Below are positions 7,360-19,117 of a DNA stretch of 64,000 nt, piece after piece. The notes beneath the pieces were generated by a model, which worked only from the letters and a program-made list of their open reading frames with translations, was not told the origin of the DNA and ran no database searches. The stretch is from an uncultured virus (IMG/VR IMGVR_UViG_3300024258_000016) (Duplodnaviria; Heunggongvirae; Uroviricota; Caudoviricetes), in IMG/VR virus record IMGVR_UViG_3300024258_000016, one strand, 5' to 3'. The position numbers and the translations under genes are program-made. Positions within the stretch are counted from its first letter, which is position 1. The number at the start of each line of letters is the position of its first letter.

Positions 7360-8541
7360 TTACTTGTCAAGGTCATTAAGGAACTTGACTGCACCAATGA
7401 GCTTCTTTGTCCTTTTCAAGATGTGCTCCTTTACAACATCTGTTGCATTCTGAACAGTAACCTCTCCTTTGGCAACAAGGGCCATCATCATAGGGAATTC
7501 TGGAGTGTCCTTGTATTTCAATGCAAACTTCTTTCGCTTGTTTGGATCGAACTCGTAGAATACCGTATCGTATATTTTAGATGCAGTAGTGTTGTAATAC
7601 TGACTGATTTTCTTTTCGATGTCTCGGATATTATCACGAACATCATCATCATTTTCATCAAGCTGGGCAAAGATGTCGTCTACATTCTCGTCAATAATGG
7701 CCTGAATGATGTAGTTCTCTTTGTCCATACAATTGGTACGAAGATGGTGTAGTTGAAAATACTGCGCTGTCTTGATCTTTAGGATCTGTCCATCATCAAG
7801 AGTAACAACCCATCCTTCAATATTTTCTTCTGTCTTTGCCCTCTCCTTCAGATCCTCTACAGTATAATCAGGATATTCTTCTGCCTCGGCAATGTTGATA
7901 CCATAAATCTTGTTCACCAATTCAATGTTTCTATACTTTCCGTTCTCACTCCTTTCTTGGAGTAGTACAAGTTTGTGCTCTTTGTATCTCAACACAATCC
8001 TGTTAGAAGGTCCAACAAACTCGAACAAGGCAGAACGATTAAGTTTCAAGGATGTGTTAATGAATTCCTGTAGTTTCTCATCATTGTCGTAAATCTCTTG
8101 TGCCATACGACTCTGATCGTTGTCAAAACTCATCTTTGTCTTGGCAACGACATTTCCATTAGGAAGTCGAATGAATCGAATAAGACTGCCATCAAACTTA
8201 TTTTGAACAGAGACAATCTTCTTGTCCTTCACATCTTTAAGAAGATATCCTTCTGTCTCGCCCATATTGAAAAACTTGTGAAGCATGATAAATCGTTTCA
8301 TGCTACCATCATTCTGTTGGACGAATGTAAGACCTCTCAACTCGTAAGCCTTGATCTCTGGTTTGTCCTTGATCGGACAATTGAAATCTCCGTACGATGC
8401 AATACGATAATTGAACATCACAACCTTATATCCTTGCACTTCTACAATCGACATAAAGAAGGAATCGTTGGCTTTCACGATTTCGAGACATTCATTATAT
8501 GTTGGAATCATTTTTCTCCCCACTTCCTCAATTCTCTCCAC
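7360..8541 (-). CDS. RNA ligase, T4 Rnl1/RnlA family
   Basis: HKFFN, motif I KFDGSLI, FEFVGP.N.IV, EGWVV, KIK. Confidence 0.9.
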   Translation of the reverse strand: MERIEEVGRKMIPTYNECLEIVKANDSFFMSIVEVQGYKVVMFNYRIASYGDFNCPIKDKPEIKAYELRGLTFVQQNDGSMKRFIMLHKFFNMGETEGYLLKDVKDKKIVSVQNKFDGSLIRFIRLPNGNVVAKTKMSFDNDQSRMAQEIYDNDEKLQEFINTSLKLNRSALFEFVGPSNRIVLRYKEHKLVLLQERSENGKYRNIELVNKIYGINIAEAEEYPDYTVEDLKERAKTEENIEGWVVTLDDGQILKIKTAQYFQLHHLRTNCMDKENYIIQAIIDENVDDIFAQLDENDDDVRDNIRDIEKKISQYYNTTASKIYDTVFYEFDPNKRKKFALKYKDTPEFPMMMALVAKGEVTVQNATDVVKEHILKRTKKLIGAVKFLNDLDK

Positions 8542-8661
8542 TGAGCGTCTTGCCCTTCTTCTCTTTTCCTACAATCTTCAAAGGCTTTGTCTATCTTTTT
8601 CTTTTTACGCTTACTCTTTCTCTTGTCGTTCTTTTGGCGCTTCATCTCATAACCTTTTCAT

Positions 8662-9057
8662 TTACTTTCTCATCCTATTGACAGAAATCCTCGTCTCTAC
8701 CATTAGACTTCTGTGGTAAAGGTACTCATGGTTATCGCAATAACACTTCCATAAAGGATTCTCATTCTTGAGAATCTTATTATCAACCAAGACCTTAATC
8801 GAATCTAGTTCGCACTTGCGAAGAAGTTTAAAAGAGTAGACCTTCCTTTTAAAACGATCAGAATTTTCGTCAACATAGGCTTTCCCATCAAATTCAATCC
8901 AAGAAACATCTTCAAACCTATCGTAAAACCATCCATTTTTATTAAAGATAGGAGTACAAGGTTTGATGCTTCCTTCATCAAGAAGTTCCTCAACATAATA
9001 AAAGTGTCCAAGACAAAAATGTTCTTTAAGGCTTAATCTTTTGTATTGACGCTTCAT
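8662..9057 (-). CDS. hypothetical protein
   Basis: RBS GGAG behind promoter 9091-9119. Confidence 0.7.
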   Translation of the reverse strand: MKRQYKRLSLKEHFCLGHFYYVEELLDEGSIKPCTPIFNKNGWFYDRFEDVSWIEFDGKAYVDENSDRFKRKVYSFKLLRKCELDSIKVLVDNKILKNENPLWKCYCDNHEYLYHRSLMVETRISVNRMRK

Positions 9058-9090
9058 TTTCTCTCCACTCTTTCGACCGTTTCTAGATAC

Positions 9091-9119
9091 ATGATACCAC
9101 AGGATGACGTGGCAGTCAA
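9091..9119 (-). promoter_or_regulatory. sigma70-type early promoter repeat
   Basis: TTGACT-17bp-TATCAT. Confidence 0.85.
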
Positions 9120-9592
9120 GGAAAAAGATTGGCTAAAGGTGCTCCGAAAGGTCTGTTGTTTCATAAATCTCTAGATGGATACTTTCTTTTTCCTTTTCAC
9201 TTAACGGAGAAATAATAATAAAACCTTTATCAGCAATAGAGTCAATAATGCCCGATCTTGAAACTCCAGATTGATTGCCATATTTTTGCCAAAGAATCGA
9301 AACCTCTCCTTCCATATCGCGACTTCCTTCTATAACTACTCCAAACTCCCCACCCTTAAAGTTAGGATCATACAAGATCATTCCGATAATATTTACTTTC
9401 ATATGATTATCTCCCAACATTTCCTCTTAATTCCTCCAGTGATAGATGTCTCACTATAATCAAAATATGCCCCACAAAGTATCTTATTCCACTTTATTTT
9501 ATATGAAAGTGTAAAGGAGTTATAACTCACCGCATAGCAATAGTCAGAAACTCCATTATTGTTGTAGTAAAAGATTGTTCCTATTGGATATT

Positions 9593-10090
9593 TCATTCTT
9601 TTTTCTCTTCATCATCCAAATCTTGCCAAACTCTATAGGAATTAGAATCCTCTTCCTCTTCTTGAATATCGTTTTCTTCAACAAATTCTTCAAACTTGTC
9701 GTTTACTTCTTTACGAAACAATTTGCCATCTTTGTTATATCTGTCATATCCGAGATAACCTGGGATGTCTGTCCCTGTCTTTAAAGCAATTTTGACAAAC
9801 TTCTCTGTCACCTTATCTCTTGTTTCTTTTTCGAGTTCTCCACTAACAAAGGAAACTTGAGCAAGATACGCCCATAAACGATTCTGCTTTTTGTTAAGTT
9901 CTGCGCTCAAAACAGAGAAGGCACGAGTTGTCTCTTCCGATTGGTCTTGGTGATATCCATTTTGATAAGAAATCCCTCCAGAAATAACGTTAAGAAGTTT
10001 CTTCATTTCCTCTGCCTGTTGAATCTCTAGATACAGCTTTTTGACATGATTATTCATTTCTTGAGATGACATCGTATTCTCCAATTTCAA
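9593..10090 (-). CDS. hypothetical coiled-coil protein with acidic tail
   Basis: long ORF in operon frame; start uncertain. Confidence 0.65.
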   Translation of the reverse strand: MKLENTMSSQEMNNHVKKLYLEIQQAEEMKKLLNVISGGISYQNGYHQDQSEETTRAFSVLSAELNKKQNRLWAYLAQVSFVSGELEKETRDKVTEKFVKIALKTGTDIPGYLGYDRYNKDGKLFRKEVNDKFEEFVEENDIQEEEEDSNSYRVWQDLDDEEKKE

Positions 10091-10414
10091 CTTTGTTTAA
10101 GAAACTTGTTGACGAAATGCAAGTTGTACTAGCTGAGTTATTTTTGTAAAAGCAGAACATCCTGATTCCACTTGAATTCCAAGAATGACAATTCTCGTTC
10201 TTGTTGTCTCTGCATGACACATTTCGACAATACAATTTAGGGAACAAAACAACATCTTTTACAACAAAGTACTGTTCTGAGTGGGTATCAAAGAACAACA
10301 TTCTTTTGTAACTTTTTATTTTTTCTAGTTCATTGTACATATCGTTCTCGATGATGGAGGTTCCCATTCACAAGTACATGATATCACGAGGGAAACGAGT
10401 TGTCAAGGTGGAAA

Positions 10415-10490
10415 GGTTCTCCGAGTCGGGATCGAACCGACGATTTTTCTCTTATAAGGAGAATACTTTGACCAACTAAGTTATCGGAGA
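10415..10490 (-). tRNA. tRNA-Ile(UAU)
   Basis: TCTCCGA/TCGGAGA acceptor, TTCTC-CTTATAA-GAGAA, GTCGG-TTCGATC-CCGAC. Confidence 0.88.
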
Positions 10491-10499
10491 ATAGTTATT

Positions 10500-10784
10500 T
10501 TATCTAGGACATCGAGATTTAAGATTAACAAGAACTTTTGCAGACAGATTTTTACTTATAGTTCCATCTTTATTTACACATTGGAATTGCTCACGATAAA
10601 TATCTCCGTTCCCTGTCAAATATCCTTGTGTTTTACAGAATTCCGAGACTACAGAAATTTCGCACCTCTGATATTCTGCATATCGTTCACATGACCTGTT
10701 GCATGTTCCGATAAACCAAACTAAGAAGATAAAACTTCCAATTGTGCTCAATGTTCCCAATATTGTTTTAGTTCTCTTTTTCAT
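10500..10784 (-). CDS. membrane-anchored Cys-rich protein
   Basis: N-terminal TM segment, several Cys. Confidence 0.7.
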   Translation of the reverse strand: MKKRTKTILGTLSTIGSFIFLVWFIGTCNRSCERYAEYQRCEISVVSEFCKTQGYLTGNGDIYREQFQCVNKDGTISKNLSAKVLVNLKSRCPR

Positions 10785-11167
10785 TTACTTCTCCTAGCAA
10801 TTTCAATACTATAGTCTTGCTCGGAATATTTGATACCATCAATATACCAAAATTTGTAACTATCAATATATTCAAGAGCAGGGCCGCCAATGCGGTGACA
10901 CTTGCCATTTTGATACCAACATTTGTCACCATTGACATATTCAATGGCAGGGCCGTCAATGCGGTGATGTTTGCCATTTTGATACCAAGATTTGCCACCA
11001 TCGGCATATTCGATGGCAGGGCCGTCAATGCGGTGAAGTTTGCCATTTTGATACCATTTAATTGTCTTGTCTGGGATACTAATGGCACATCCGTCAGGCT
11101 TTGGAGTATCATAATCGTCATCGTAAATAACGGTGCCATCTACCCAAATTTGATATGGCTTGATCAT
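10781..11167 (-). CDS. [13 protein letters not shown] protein, 3 units, N-cap type B (R3)
   Basis: MIKPYQIWVDGTVIY...KPDGCAI cap plus repeats. Confidence 0.9.
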   Translation of the reverse strand: MIKPYQIWVDGTVIYDDDYDTPKPDGCAISIPDKTIKWYQNGKLHRIDGPAIEYADGGKSWYQNGKHHRIDGPAIEYVNGDKCWYQNGKCHRIGGPALEYIDSYKFWYIDGIKYSEQDYSIEIARRSK

Positions 11168-12072
11168 TATCTTTCTTTATTCATCAAATTGTCATTCAAT
11201 CGACGCTTGAGCATCTTTGCCGTTGTTGCGGCAATCTGCCCTAACGTATTCTTTGATACAATAATTTCTCCCTCTGCCTCTCGGAGAACATCTTCTTGCA
11301 TTGCCTTGATAATTTCGCCAGTACGAGTCATATCAATTTCACCCACAATCTTGTCAAGTACGTGAGTGAGCCTCATTTCTGTTACCCACTCATCTGCAAT
11401 CTTTCTCGCATCTGCAAGAACTTTGAGCTTCTCTTCTTTCTTGAGCATATCCTCAACCGATGGAGGGTTCTTTCTTTCTTGGAAATCGGCATTCTTGAAC
11501 TTGACAAGCATTCGCTTTCCATTGTTGGTAGCACATTCCCACAATGGTCGAATTACGATCCCTTCACTCTTATGCCCGTGACCCATACCATTACGGATTG
11601 CCTGCTGACATTCCTGATTACGCCACTTGATCAACTCTTCAATGTCTGTACTCGACTTGGTAAACCATACGAATTCAAGATTCATGTCGTCTGTCACTAG
11701 TTTATGGGCCTTGTCGAAATCGAGCCAATGATCAACAATTTTGACATCAAATGCAATGAACTTGGCCTCCTTGCCATATGAATGCGACATCTTTTGCATA
11801 CTTCCGCCATACGCTTCGCCATAGATGGTAATCGCTTGCACACCAAGATTGCGGAAATTGGCAAGAAGAGCATCCTGATCAAAAATGTTAATGAAGAGTT
11901 GATGACTCATCCCTCCAGAAAAGAACCTCAATTCTTCTTCTCCTAACTCATTGATTTTAAAGGATAAATTTGAACTCGTGCCGTGAATTTTCTCAACTAC
12001 GTAAACCTCTTTAAAGTCTAAAATCCTTTGTGCCCTCGGCTTCTCAAGATTGTCAATATGCATGTATCCCAT
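11167..12072 (-). CDS. RNA ligase, Rnl2-like family
   Basis: motif I EKIHGT, YGE, AFD, EGIVIRP, KFKN; promoter at 12101-12129. Confidence 0.85.
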   Translation of the reverse strand: MGYMHIDNLEKPRAQRILDFKEVYVVEKIHGTSSNLSFKINELGEEELRFFSGGMSHQLFINIFDQDALLANFRNLGVQAITIYGEAYGGSMQKMSHSYGKEAKFIAFDVKIVDHWLDFDKAHKLVTDDMNLEFVWFTKSSTDIEELIKWRNQECQQAIRNGMGHGHKSEGIVIRPLWECATNNGKRMLVKFKNADFQERKNPPSVEDMLKKEEKLKVLADARKIADEWVTEMRLTHVLDKIVGEIDMTRTGEIIKAMQEDVLREAEGEIIVSKNTLGQIAATTAKMLKRRLNDNLMNKER

Positions 12073-12139
12073 GTTGTAACTCCTGTCGATTTGTAATTAC
12101 ATTCTATCACGAACATATTGCCTTGTCAAGGGGGAAGTT

Positions 12140-13141
12140 TCAAGAGATTCCCAACCTTTCAAACAACAGGCTCCTTAACTGATCTTCGCTCATATATTTC
12201 ATTTCATCTTCCCAAATGAAAACGATCTTGTGCCCATTGTTTACTGCTTTCTTTGTCTTCTTGAAATCCTTCTTCCAAATATCCCTTGCTTTAACGAATC
12301 CTGCTGGGTAATTGACTTCTTGTTCTTTGTTGTATTTCTTTGAGTTAGCGTGCCAGAAATCTCCATTAACTTCGATAATCACGTTAAGAGATTTGATCAT
12401 GAAATCATAGTGATAATGATTCTTTCCTTTGTTGTATTTAATGACAAAGTTACGTTCATACTGAATTGATTGTGAATCGAGAACTTGAGCTACTCTTGTT
12501 TCTAATTTAGAATGTGGTCCTTTACAATTGGTTCGACAAGAATCAGATCTAATACTATTATCTAACCATTTCGTCTTTTGTTCGTCATTTAATGCTGTCC
12601 ACACTTCTTTTGATTTTAATCCTCTGTGCTCTCTTAGTGTATGTCCGTACTTTTCAATCCATAAAGAATCATCTGCAATTTGTTTCTTTACCTTCTCCGT
12701 CTGGAAAATATTATCGACACCATATCTTTCTCTTACTGTTCTGTTCCTCTTCTCGTACCCTTCAGTTCCTTTGGCAAGATTGTGCTCTGCTCCAAAGTTC
12801 TTCAGACATGTTGCTTTATATTTATTTCTCGTTTTGTCGAGAAGGGTTGATTGAGAGATGTTCCTCGTTTTGATGTCATAATACTCCAAAAGAAACTTGG
12901 TTTGAGTATACCCAATTCCGTGTTCTCTCTTGAAATCTGGTAATGAATAAAACTCCTCAAGGTACAACCTTTTGACAGTTTCTTCGTCAAGTTCTGGAAA
13001 GTTGTGTGTCAAAAATGAGTATCTAACTTCTTTGGATTCTGTTATCTCTTTTGGTTTTGATTTGCAATAGAAATGATGACGAGAATCTTTTGGCATCTGC
13101 ATTTCTTGATTACAAAATGGGCAATAGTTTATTTTCTTCAT
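12140..13141 (-). CDS. Vsr/DUF559-like putative homing endonuclease
   Basis: YDF..IIEVNGDFWH..IWE C-domain; T(C/V)xxxYG N-terminal repeats. Confidence 0.8.
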   Translation of the reverse strand: MKKINYCPFCNQEMQMPKDSRHHFYCKSKPKEITESKEVRYSFLTHNFPELDEETVKRLYLEEFYSLPDFKREHGIGYTQTKFLLEYYDIKTRNISQSTLLDKTRNKYKATCLKNFGAEHNLAKGTEGYEKRNRTVRERYGVDNIFQTEKVKKQIADDSLWIEKYGHTLREHRGLKSKEVWTALNDEQKTKWLDNSIRSDSCRTNCKGPHSKLETRVAQVLDSQSIQYERNFVIKYNKGKNHYHYDFMIKSLNVIIEVNGDFWHANSKKYNKEQEVNYPAGFVKARDIWKKDFKKTKKAVNNGHKIVFIWEDEMKYMSEDQLRSLLFERLGIS

Positions 13142-13203
13142 ATAGTAAATAGTACCGAGATAAGAAAAAGTCCATCAACTTGAACTTTTCCAGTAAAATA
13201 ATT

Positions 13204-13851
13204 TCAATGTGACAGACATTTTGAAGAGGACAATGCTTTAAATGCTCTGGTAAATCCCTTCAAGTCCAATTCGTAGTTGTGTGTTTCATAGGCACACAAA
13301 GGATAATGATACATTACCATCACTGTTATTTGCAATTTAGACCCAGACTTTAGGAAAGGAAGTAGATCGTTGGGAAGGGTATAGTTTCCATATTTGTCGT
13401 CTTCTTTAATCTTAACCAAATCTTCTTTTGAAAACTGTTTACCATAATCCCCATCATCTACTGACAAATGAAATTGTTCAACTACGTTATGCTTTGACAA
13501 ATATAATGTGATTTTATCTTTTCGAACAGATACGCTTGTTAAATTAATATTATGGTCGTCTTCTCCCGCAGAACTCATATAGCAATGATCTCCTTTGTTC
13601 ACAATCCACTTCCCTGACTGTAAGATTGAATTTTCCTTTTGCCAATCTGCAAAATTGGAATTCGTATTTGATATTGCCAAATAAGTTCCATCATTTTTAT
13701 ATCCATTACATTCTTTTTTAACCTTTGTCGCTACAATCTTTTTATTTGTTTGTACCAATTTAATATTACTAACATGTTTATTTTTTGAAAATCCTCCAAG
13801 ACACATAAATATCAAAAATAATGATCCTAAAAAAACTAATCCCTTTCCCAT
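13204..13851 (-). CDS. secreted/membrane-anchored hypothetical protein
   Basis: N-terminal hydrophobic signal after AGGAG; promoter at 13883-13911. Confidence 0.7.
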   Translation of the reverse strand: MGKGLVFLGSLFLIFMCLGGFSKNKHVSNIKLVQTNKKIVATKVKKECNGYKNDGTYLAISNTNSNFADWQKENSILQSGKWIVNKGDHCYMSSAGEDDHNINLTSVSVRKDKITLYLSKHNVVEQFHLSVDDGDYGKQFSKEDLVKIKEDDKYGNYTLPNDLLPFLKSGSKLQITVMVMYHYPLCAYETHNYELDLKGFTRAFKALSSSKCLSH

Positions 13852-14144
13852 GTTGTATTTTCTCCTGTCGATTTGTAAGTATATGATACCACAAGATGGC
13901 GTGGCAGTCAAGGGAAAAATTAAACAACGATTCTGATCGTACCGTTATCAATAATTCTTTGAAAATACTCAAAACTATAATTGTATAGATTATTGTCCTC
14001 TTTCCACCGAATCCTAACGATGCAATTTTTATCACACTTCTCTTCGATCAAGGCCAATCCGTTATATTTCTTCCCAATAGTTGTATAGAGAAATATTGTT
14101 CCTACTTTAAAGTTCATTGTTTTCCCTTATTAAAACTTCGACCT

Positions 14145-14513
14145 TTAGTGACATCTTGAATTACCTTTTCTTAGATTGCAGATGTTACACATTGGCTGAA
14201 GATTATACATTCCGTTCTTTCCACCCTTGCTCTTTGGTCTAATATGATCAACTGTCATAAAGATATCTTTCTTTTCTGTCGAATTGATTATAAGCTTGAC
14301 AGAATACACGATCTTCTCTTGTGTTGGATTACTCTTAACTAATTCAAAATGTGTCCCTTGTGCTCCACATTCATAACAAGTTGTTCCCTTCTTGACAAAC
14401 AACCTTAATGGTAGCGTTGCTGTAGATACTTGATGTCCTTCAATTGTGATAAAGGGCTTTTTTTTCTTTTGTGCTCCTCGGACATATGGCATTACTTGAT
14501 GTAGGTAGATCAT
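14145..14513 (-). CDS. HNH endonuclease
   Basis: CYEC...TVDHIRPKSKGG...NLQPMCNICN. Confidence 0.9.
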   Translation of the reverse strand: MIYLHQVMPYVRGAQKKKKPFITIEGHQVSTATLPLRLFVKKGTTCYECGAQGTHFELVKSNPTQEKIVYSVKLIINSTEKKDIFMTVDHIRPKSKGGKNGMYNLQPMCNICNLRKGNSRCH

Positions 14514-14920
14514 TCGTTGTCGTCCTTGGAATAAACGAGTTCAATATTCCAACCAATAGTGTTGATAAGTTCTTGGTTTTGATTAGGATAGACTACCCAA
14601 TAAAGGTTGTAATTAGAGCTTAAACTCTCTATTAATGATGCTTTAATGATGGTTCCAATCTTAACTTTATCAAGACCGTGTTTGTACAGAGATCTGACAA
14701 CATCTCCCACTTTAAGTAATTTAGGAGTCATATCTAAAGTCCCCAATTAAGCTTTGTGATTTTTAATCCTACATAAATATCTCTTTCTTTGGGCTCACCT
14801 CTTCTATTCCCAAAAAACCTAACTCGATACATTTTTCTATGTTTATCAACTCTAACAATAATGGCATAATATAATATATCAATATTATTGGCAAAGCCGA
14901 ACCTGATCAGATCGCCTACC

Positions 14921-15658
14921 TTAAACTTGATTCGTATCACAATATCGATTCCCATCAAAGCTGCCAGTTTCTGCGTGATGAATGTATCCAAAAGGATTGG
15001 CAACTACTCGTGTTCCTCCAATTTTGTAATCAATAGGATCGTGCATGTGTCCATGAATCCACAACTTTGGAGCATTATCGCTCAACATCAAGCCTGTCAT
15101 ATCTGTGTAGTAATACCTATTAAGATTCGATGTCTTATAATTCTCGGAGATGCTCAGTGTCGAAGGGGCATGGTGAGAAACAACAATCGTCTCATTGTTT
15201 GATAGTTGCTTGATTCTGTCGATTGTGTTTGCATTCTCGTCATATACCCAACTGGTGAATTTGGGAATATACTTAAAATCATTCATCCATCCACGATAAA
15301 TAGAGTTCAACGGATCGTCAGAAAACCACATGGTATCACCAATAAAAGTTACACCATTGATAGTGACTGGTCGATACTTCTGCAACCAATGAATGCCATC
15401 AATTTTGTCAATTTTATTGGCAATCGAATACAACAAAGGCTTATCGATGCTGTAATATTCATGATTACCAAGAACGAAGATGGTGTTCTCAAAGTGTGTC
15501 GCGATGCCAGTAATACACATTGGCAACCTATCATGCTCTGCACAGATATCTCCAGCAATTACAACAGTTTCGCCATACGGAAGATACTTGATAAACTGGA
15601 TTGTCTGTTCACCCGTCATGTGCTCGAAATGTAGATCGCTCATATAATGGATAAGCAT
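14921..15658 (-). CDS. metallophosphoesterase
   Basis: SDLH, AGDI, GNHE, HHAP, HGHMH. Confidence 0.92.
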   Translation of the reverse strand: MLIHYMSDLHFEHMTGEQTIQFIKYLPYGETVVIAGDICAEHDRLPMCITGIATHFENTIFVLGNHEYYSIDKPLLYSIANKIDKIDGIHWLQKYRPVTINGVTFIGDTMWFSDDPLNSIYRGWMNDFKYIPKFTSWVYDENANTIDRIKQLSNNETIVVSHHAPSTLSISENYKTSNLNRYYYTDMTGLMLSDNAPKLWIHGHMHDPIDYKIGGTRVVANPFGYIHHAETGSFDGNRYCDTNQV

Positions 15659-16148
15659 GGCAGTTCCTTGATTGGTTATGAGATATTGTAACATGGAAGG
15701 TATGGATTGTCAAGAGAAAAGGATGTCAAGAAATGATAATTATAAAGGATTTATCTTCTAGGAAAAATCTATTCAAATCCCTTACAGTATATTTGTATTG
15801 AGCGCCTTTTTCCCACGATACAATCACACAATTGGAATAAAGATCAGATACTTCAAAAGCTTTGATAACTACCCCATATTGAGAATTGGTTCTGTAATTA
15901 CTTTCGTCATAATAGTAAATTACAGAACCAACTTTTAAGTTATATCCTAGTTTTTGTATTGTCATCTTAACTAATTTGGTCTACAAGGTGATCTGACGAA
16001 CTCATTAATGATTTATTTTTTCTTTCAAGAATTTCGATTCTTTGATAAGCTTCTACCAATAATGAATGTAAATCAAATCCTCGATATAACTCATCATCAA
16101 TTTTTTGTTCTGCTTTTTGCTTCCTTTCTCTGTTTGATGTCGGGAACA

Positions 16149-16412
16149 TCATGTATTAAGGATCTCTTCAAGTGTTGGAACGTCTGGAAGGATGTTGAAC
16201 CGTTCCTTTGGTGCTGGGATGTTCTTTTTTCCGTTCTGCACCATTACTCGATATCCATCTGTACGTCGTCGAATCTTGACATTAGCGAAGGGACTCTTCG
16301 TCTTTAGTTCGACAAGACGAAGTTCTGCCTTGTCATAGGTGTCGTGCCTACTGTCCTTCTCGAAGTTGCGTACAGTGATCTGATTTGGATTGGTCTTCTT
16401 GTTACTCGCCAT
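16149..16412 (-). CDS. basic hypothetical protein
   Basis: MASNKK start after GAGGAG; promoter at 16462-16490. Confidence 0.65.
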   Translation of the reverse strand: MASNKKTNPNQITVRNFEKDSRHDTYDKAELRLVELKTKSPFANVKIRRRTDGYRVMVQNGKKNIPAPKERFNILPDVPTLEEILNT

Positions 16413-16784
16413 TGTTGTGATTCTCCTCACGTTGTTTTGTATCGCACCATTTGTATATAGTATCATAACCCATCTTGAACAGGTTGTCAAGATGTTTCTA
16501 TTGTGCTCTCGAAATTAAAATATACATATCTTGATTCTCTTTGTTCCTACTTTCTTCTTTGTAAACATCAAGATAGTATCTTTTATCAGAGAACCTATAA
16601 AATGTCACATAGCAATAGTTTTTTATTTTATTTTGAGCGTAATTTTTTACCTTGCCATCGTGAGAGATGTGTGTCCCGTCAGTCGAAACCATCACAACTA
16701 TCTCATAATGACTTTCTTCATTAAATTCTCCTTTATTATCTGTTGATATGACAAAGTCGTGTAGTTTTAGTTCTTCGCAACGCA

Positions 16785-17430
16785 TTACTTGCCAATCCTT
16801 AAGACCAAAAATGACTCTTCATATGCTGTTCCTCCAACTACAAGATGATCATAATTACACGAATTAACCATACCAATCGAATTTGAAACAATGAAGACAA
16901 TATTATATTCCCCAGACCCACTGCCAGCACGCGGGGTAAATCCTCGAATATAATATAGAGAACCATCATAAGAATCGCATATAATGTCTCCTATTTTGAA
17001 CTTCAAATCATTCATATCGATTCAACCTTGAAATAAGAAAGCTTTCTTTTTCTGTTGGAGAGCCTTTTGAGAAATAATTATCGACATTTCCTGTTTTAGT
17101 GAAAAGAGTATTGTGATAATAGACAAAGCGAAATCTTACTGAATCAATATCGAGGATGTAACAATAACATTCATGATTGTCATTCCATATTAAATCTCCT
17201 ACTTTGAACTTCATATCATCCATGTCAATTCAACCTTGAAATGAGAATTGATTCTTTCTCTCTGATGGAGGTATGAGAGAAATTGGAATGTCTAATCTTA
17301 GGGAAATAACGACAACAATAGAGAGGAAATCTTCTGTATTCCTTGTCACTGTCAATTTTGAAGATATACCCATAACATTTTATGTCAATGTCCCATATGA
17401 TATCTCCTACTTTGAATTTTAGATCTTGTT
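16785..17430 (-). repeat. three tandem small paralogues (LKFKxGDII...ESFLISR)
   Basis: ORFs 16785..17015, 17008..17223 and 17225.. share N- and C-terminal motifs. Confidence 0.75.
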
Positions 17431-17826
17431 CTGACAAAACACACCATCCTTGTAGGAATAAATAACTCTCTTGATCCCTGCAAACTTCATTACGGCAGCA
17501 CACATATCGCATGGCTTACTGTTTTTCATAATCCCATCTGCTCTACCAATTCTTACAACATAGATGGTTGCCCCTTCTGTGATGGAACGATCAACATTCA
17601 AGATTGCTCCAATCTCTGCATGGATTGTCCCATGTCCATTATCTTTGTACCAAAACCTCTGTGCAAACTTGTTGAACTGATTTCGATTAAAGGAAGTGTT
17701 AATTACTTTTCCTCCCTTGACGAGTGCTGCTCCGTGCTTCTGAAATGGATGATCACTCTGTAGTGCAACCCGCTTACAAAGCTCTATGTATGCTCTCTGC
17801 TTATTGGAAAGATGCTTTATCTTCAT
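17419..17826 (-). CDS. cytidine/deoxycytidylate deaminase-family protein
   Basis: HAE and PCDMC zinc motifs. Confidence 0.88.
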   Translation of the reverse strand: MKIKHLSNKQRAYIELCKRVALQSDHPFQKHGAALVKGGKVINTSFNRNQFNKFAQRFWYKDNGHGTIHAEIGAILNVDRSITEGATIYVVRIGRADGIMKNSKPCDMCAAVMKFAGIKRVIYSYKDGVFCQNKI

Positions 17827-19117
17827 TTTTTGATGTCCTTATTGTTTATTTCCCTTACCAATCAAGAACATCATACCATGGCAGAGACCGATTGTCAATG
17901 AGCAATTTTAATTAAAATTTCACCCTCGTGAAGACCTTGACTATCTATGTCAATTTTCTCAGTTTGCACACACCTTGTCTTGACCTTTTTTTCATCTGCA
18001 AAGATGACAATATATGTTTCATATGTCTCTTGTTCTTTAGTGTCGAAACTTTCGACATGGAAGCAAATAATATCTCCTACCTTTAACATAATATCTCGAT
18101 GATTCATGGTTTTACCTGCAAAACCCGATAGGATTACTCTTCTTTGGAGGTTCTGTCTGTTGTGCCGGTTGTTCAACAGATCCTGACAATTCGGTTGTTG
18201 GGGCTGATGCCTTTTCTTCTGCAACCGAAAGCTTTGACAAGATGAGGGATAGGTTCACGATTGCAAATTGTCGTAATGTTTGATTCATTGCTTCTTCTCC
18301 GAAGTGATAATGTCAACTAACTGCCAATAATCTTCCAAGTCTACTCTTTTTTCTTGCCACTCTTCTAAGTTTATTATGGAGAATATCTTATCCACTTCAT
18401 CGAACATGCCAACATTAATTAAAAAACTCCTAGCTACATATTTTTTGGAGAGGTCTTCTCCGTACATGCCTAAAATTGTGGTGTAAGTAACTTTTCCACC
18501 TATGGTTTTCCAAACGAGGATGTCTCCTACATTTAAGTTTTTGACATCAAACATCTTCATCAACTTTAATCACATAAATAGGATCCCAAACTAATCCAGG
18601 AGTAGAACTGTTTTGTCTTTTGGCATAACTGATCAAACGATACTTTTCTTCACAACCTTTTCCAAGGAAGAAGTCGTTTCTATTCGATATAATGTTGGTC
18701 TTCCAACGAATAAGTTCTCCAACTTCTGTTATAATTGTATACCCAATACACCTATCTGAACCTCTCCTGTAGATAACGACATCTCCAACTTTAAGAGACT
18801 TTATGTCATGAACCAATTGTCTAACTCTTTTATTCATTATTCTTTGGGTCCATATACGTCAATAACTTGCCAAAAATTGGAGGCATAGTCGTTCCACTTT
18901 AGTCTTTTGTAGTCTTCAAAGTTTTTATACTAATTTTTGTTTTCTCTTTATTTAAAAATCCACTTCGCTTCTCTCCATAGTTTTTGATTTCTATAACTTC
19001 ACTTAATGCAAAACGGTCTAGTTCAACTTTAATTACCACAGAGTTGGCGATATTATTACCACTTTTCCAGACAATAATATCGCCAGCCTTGACATTTCCT
19101 GCAGATTTCATCTTTCC

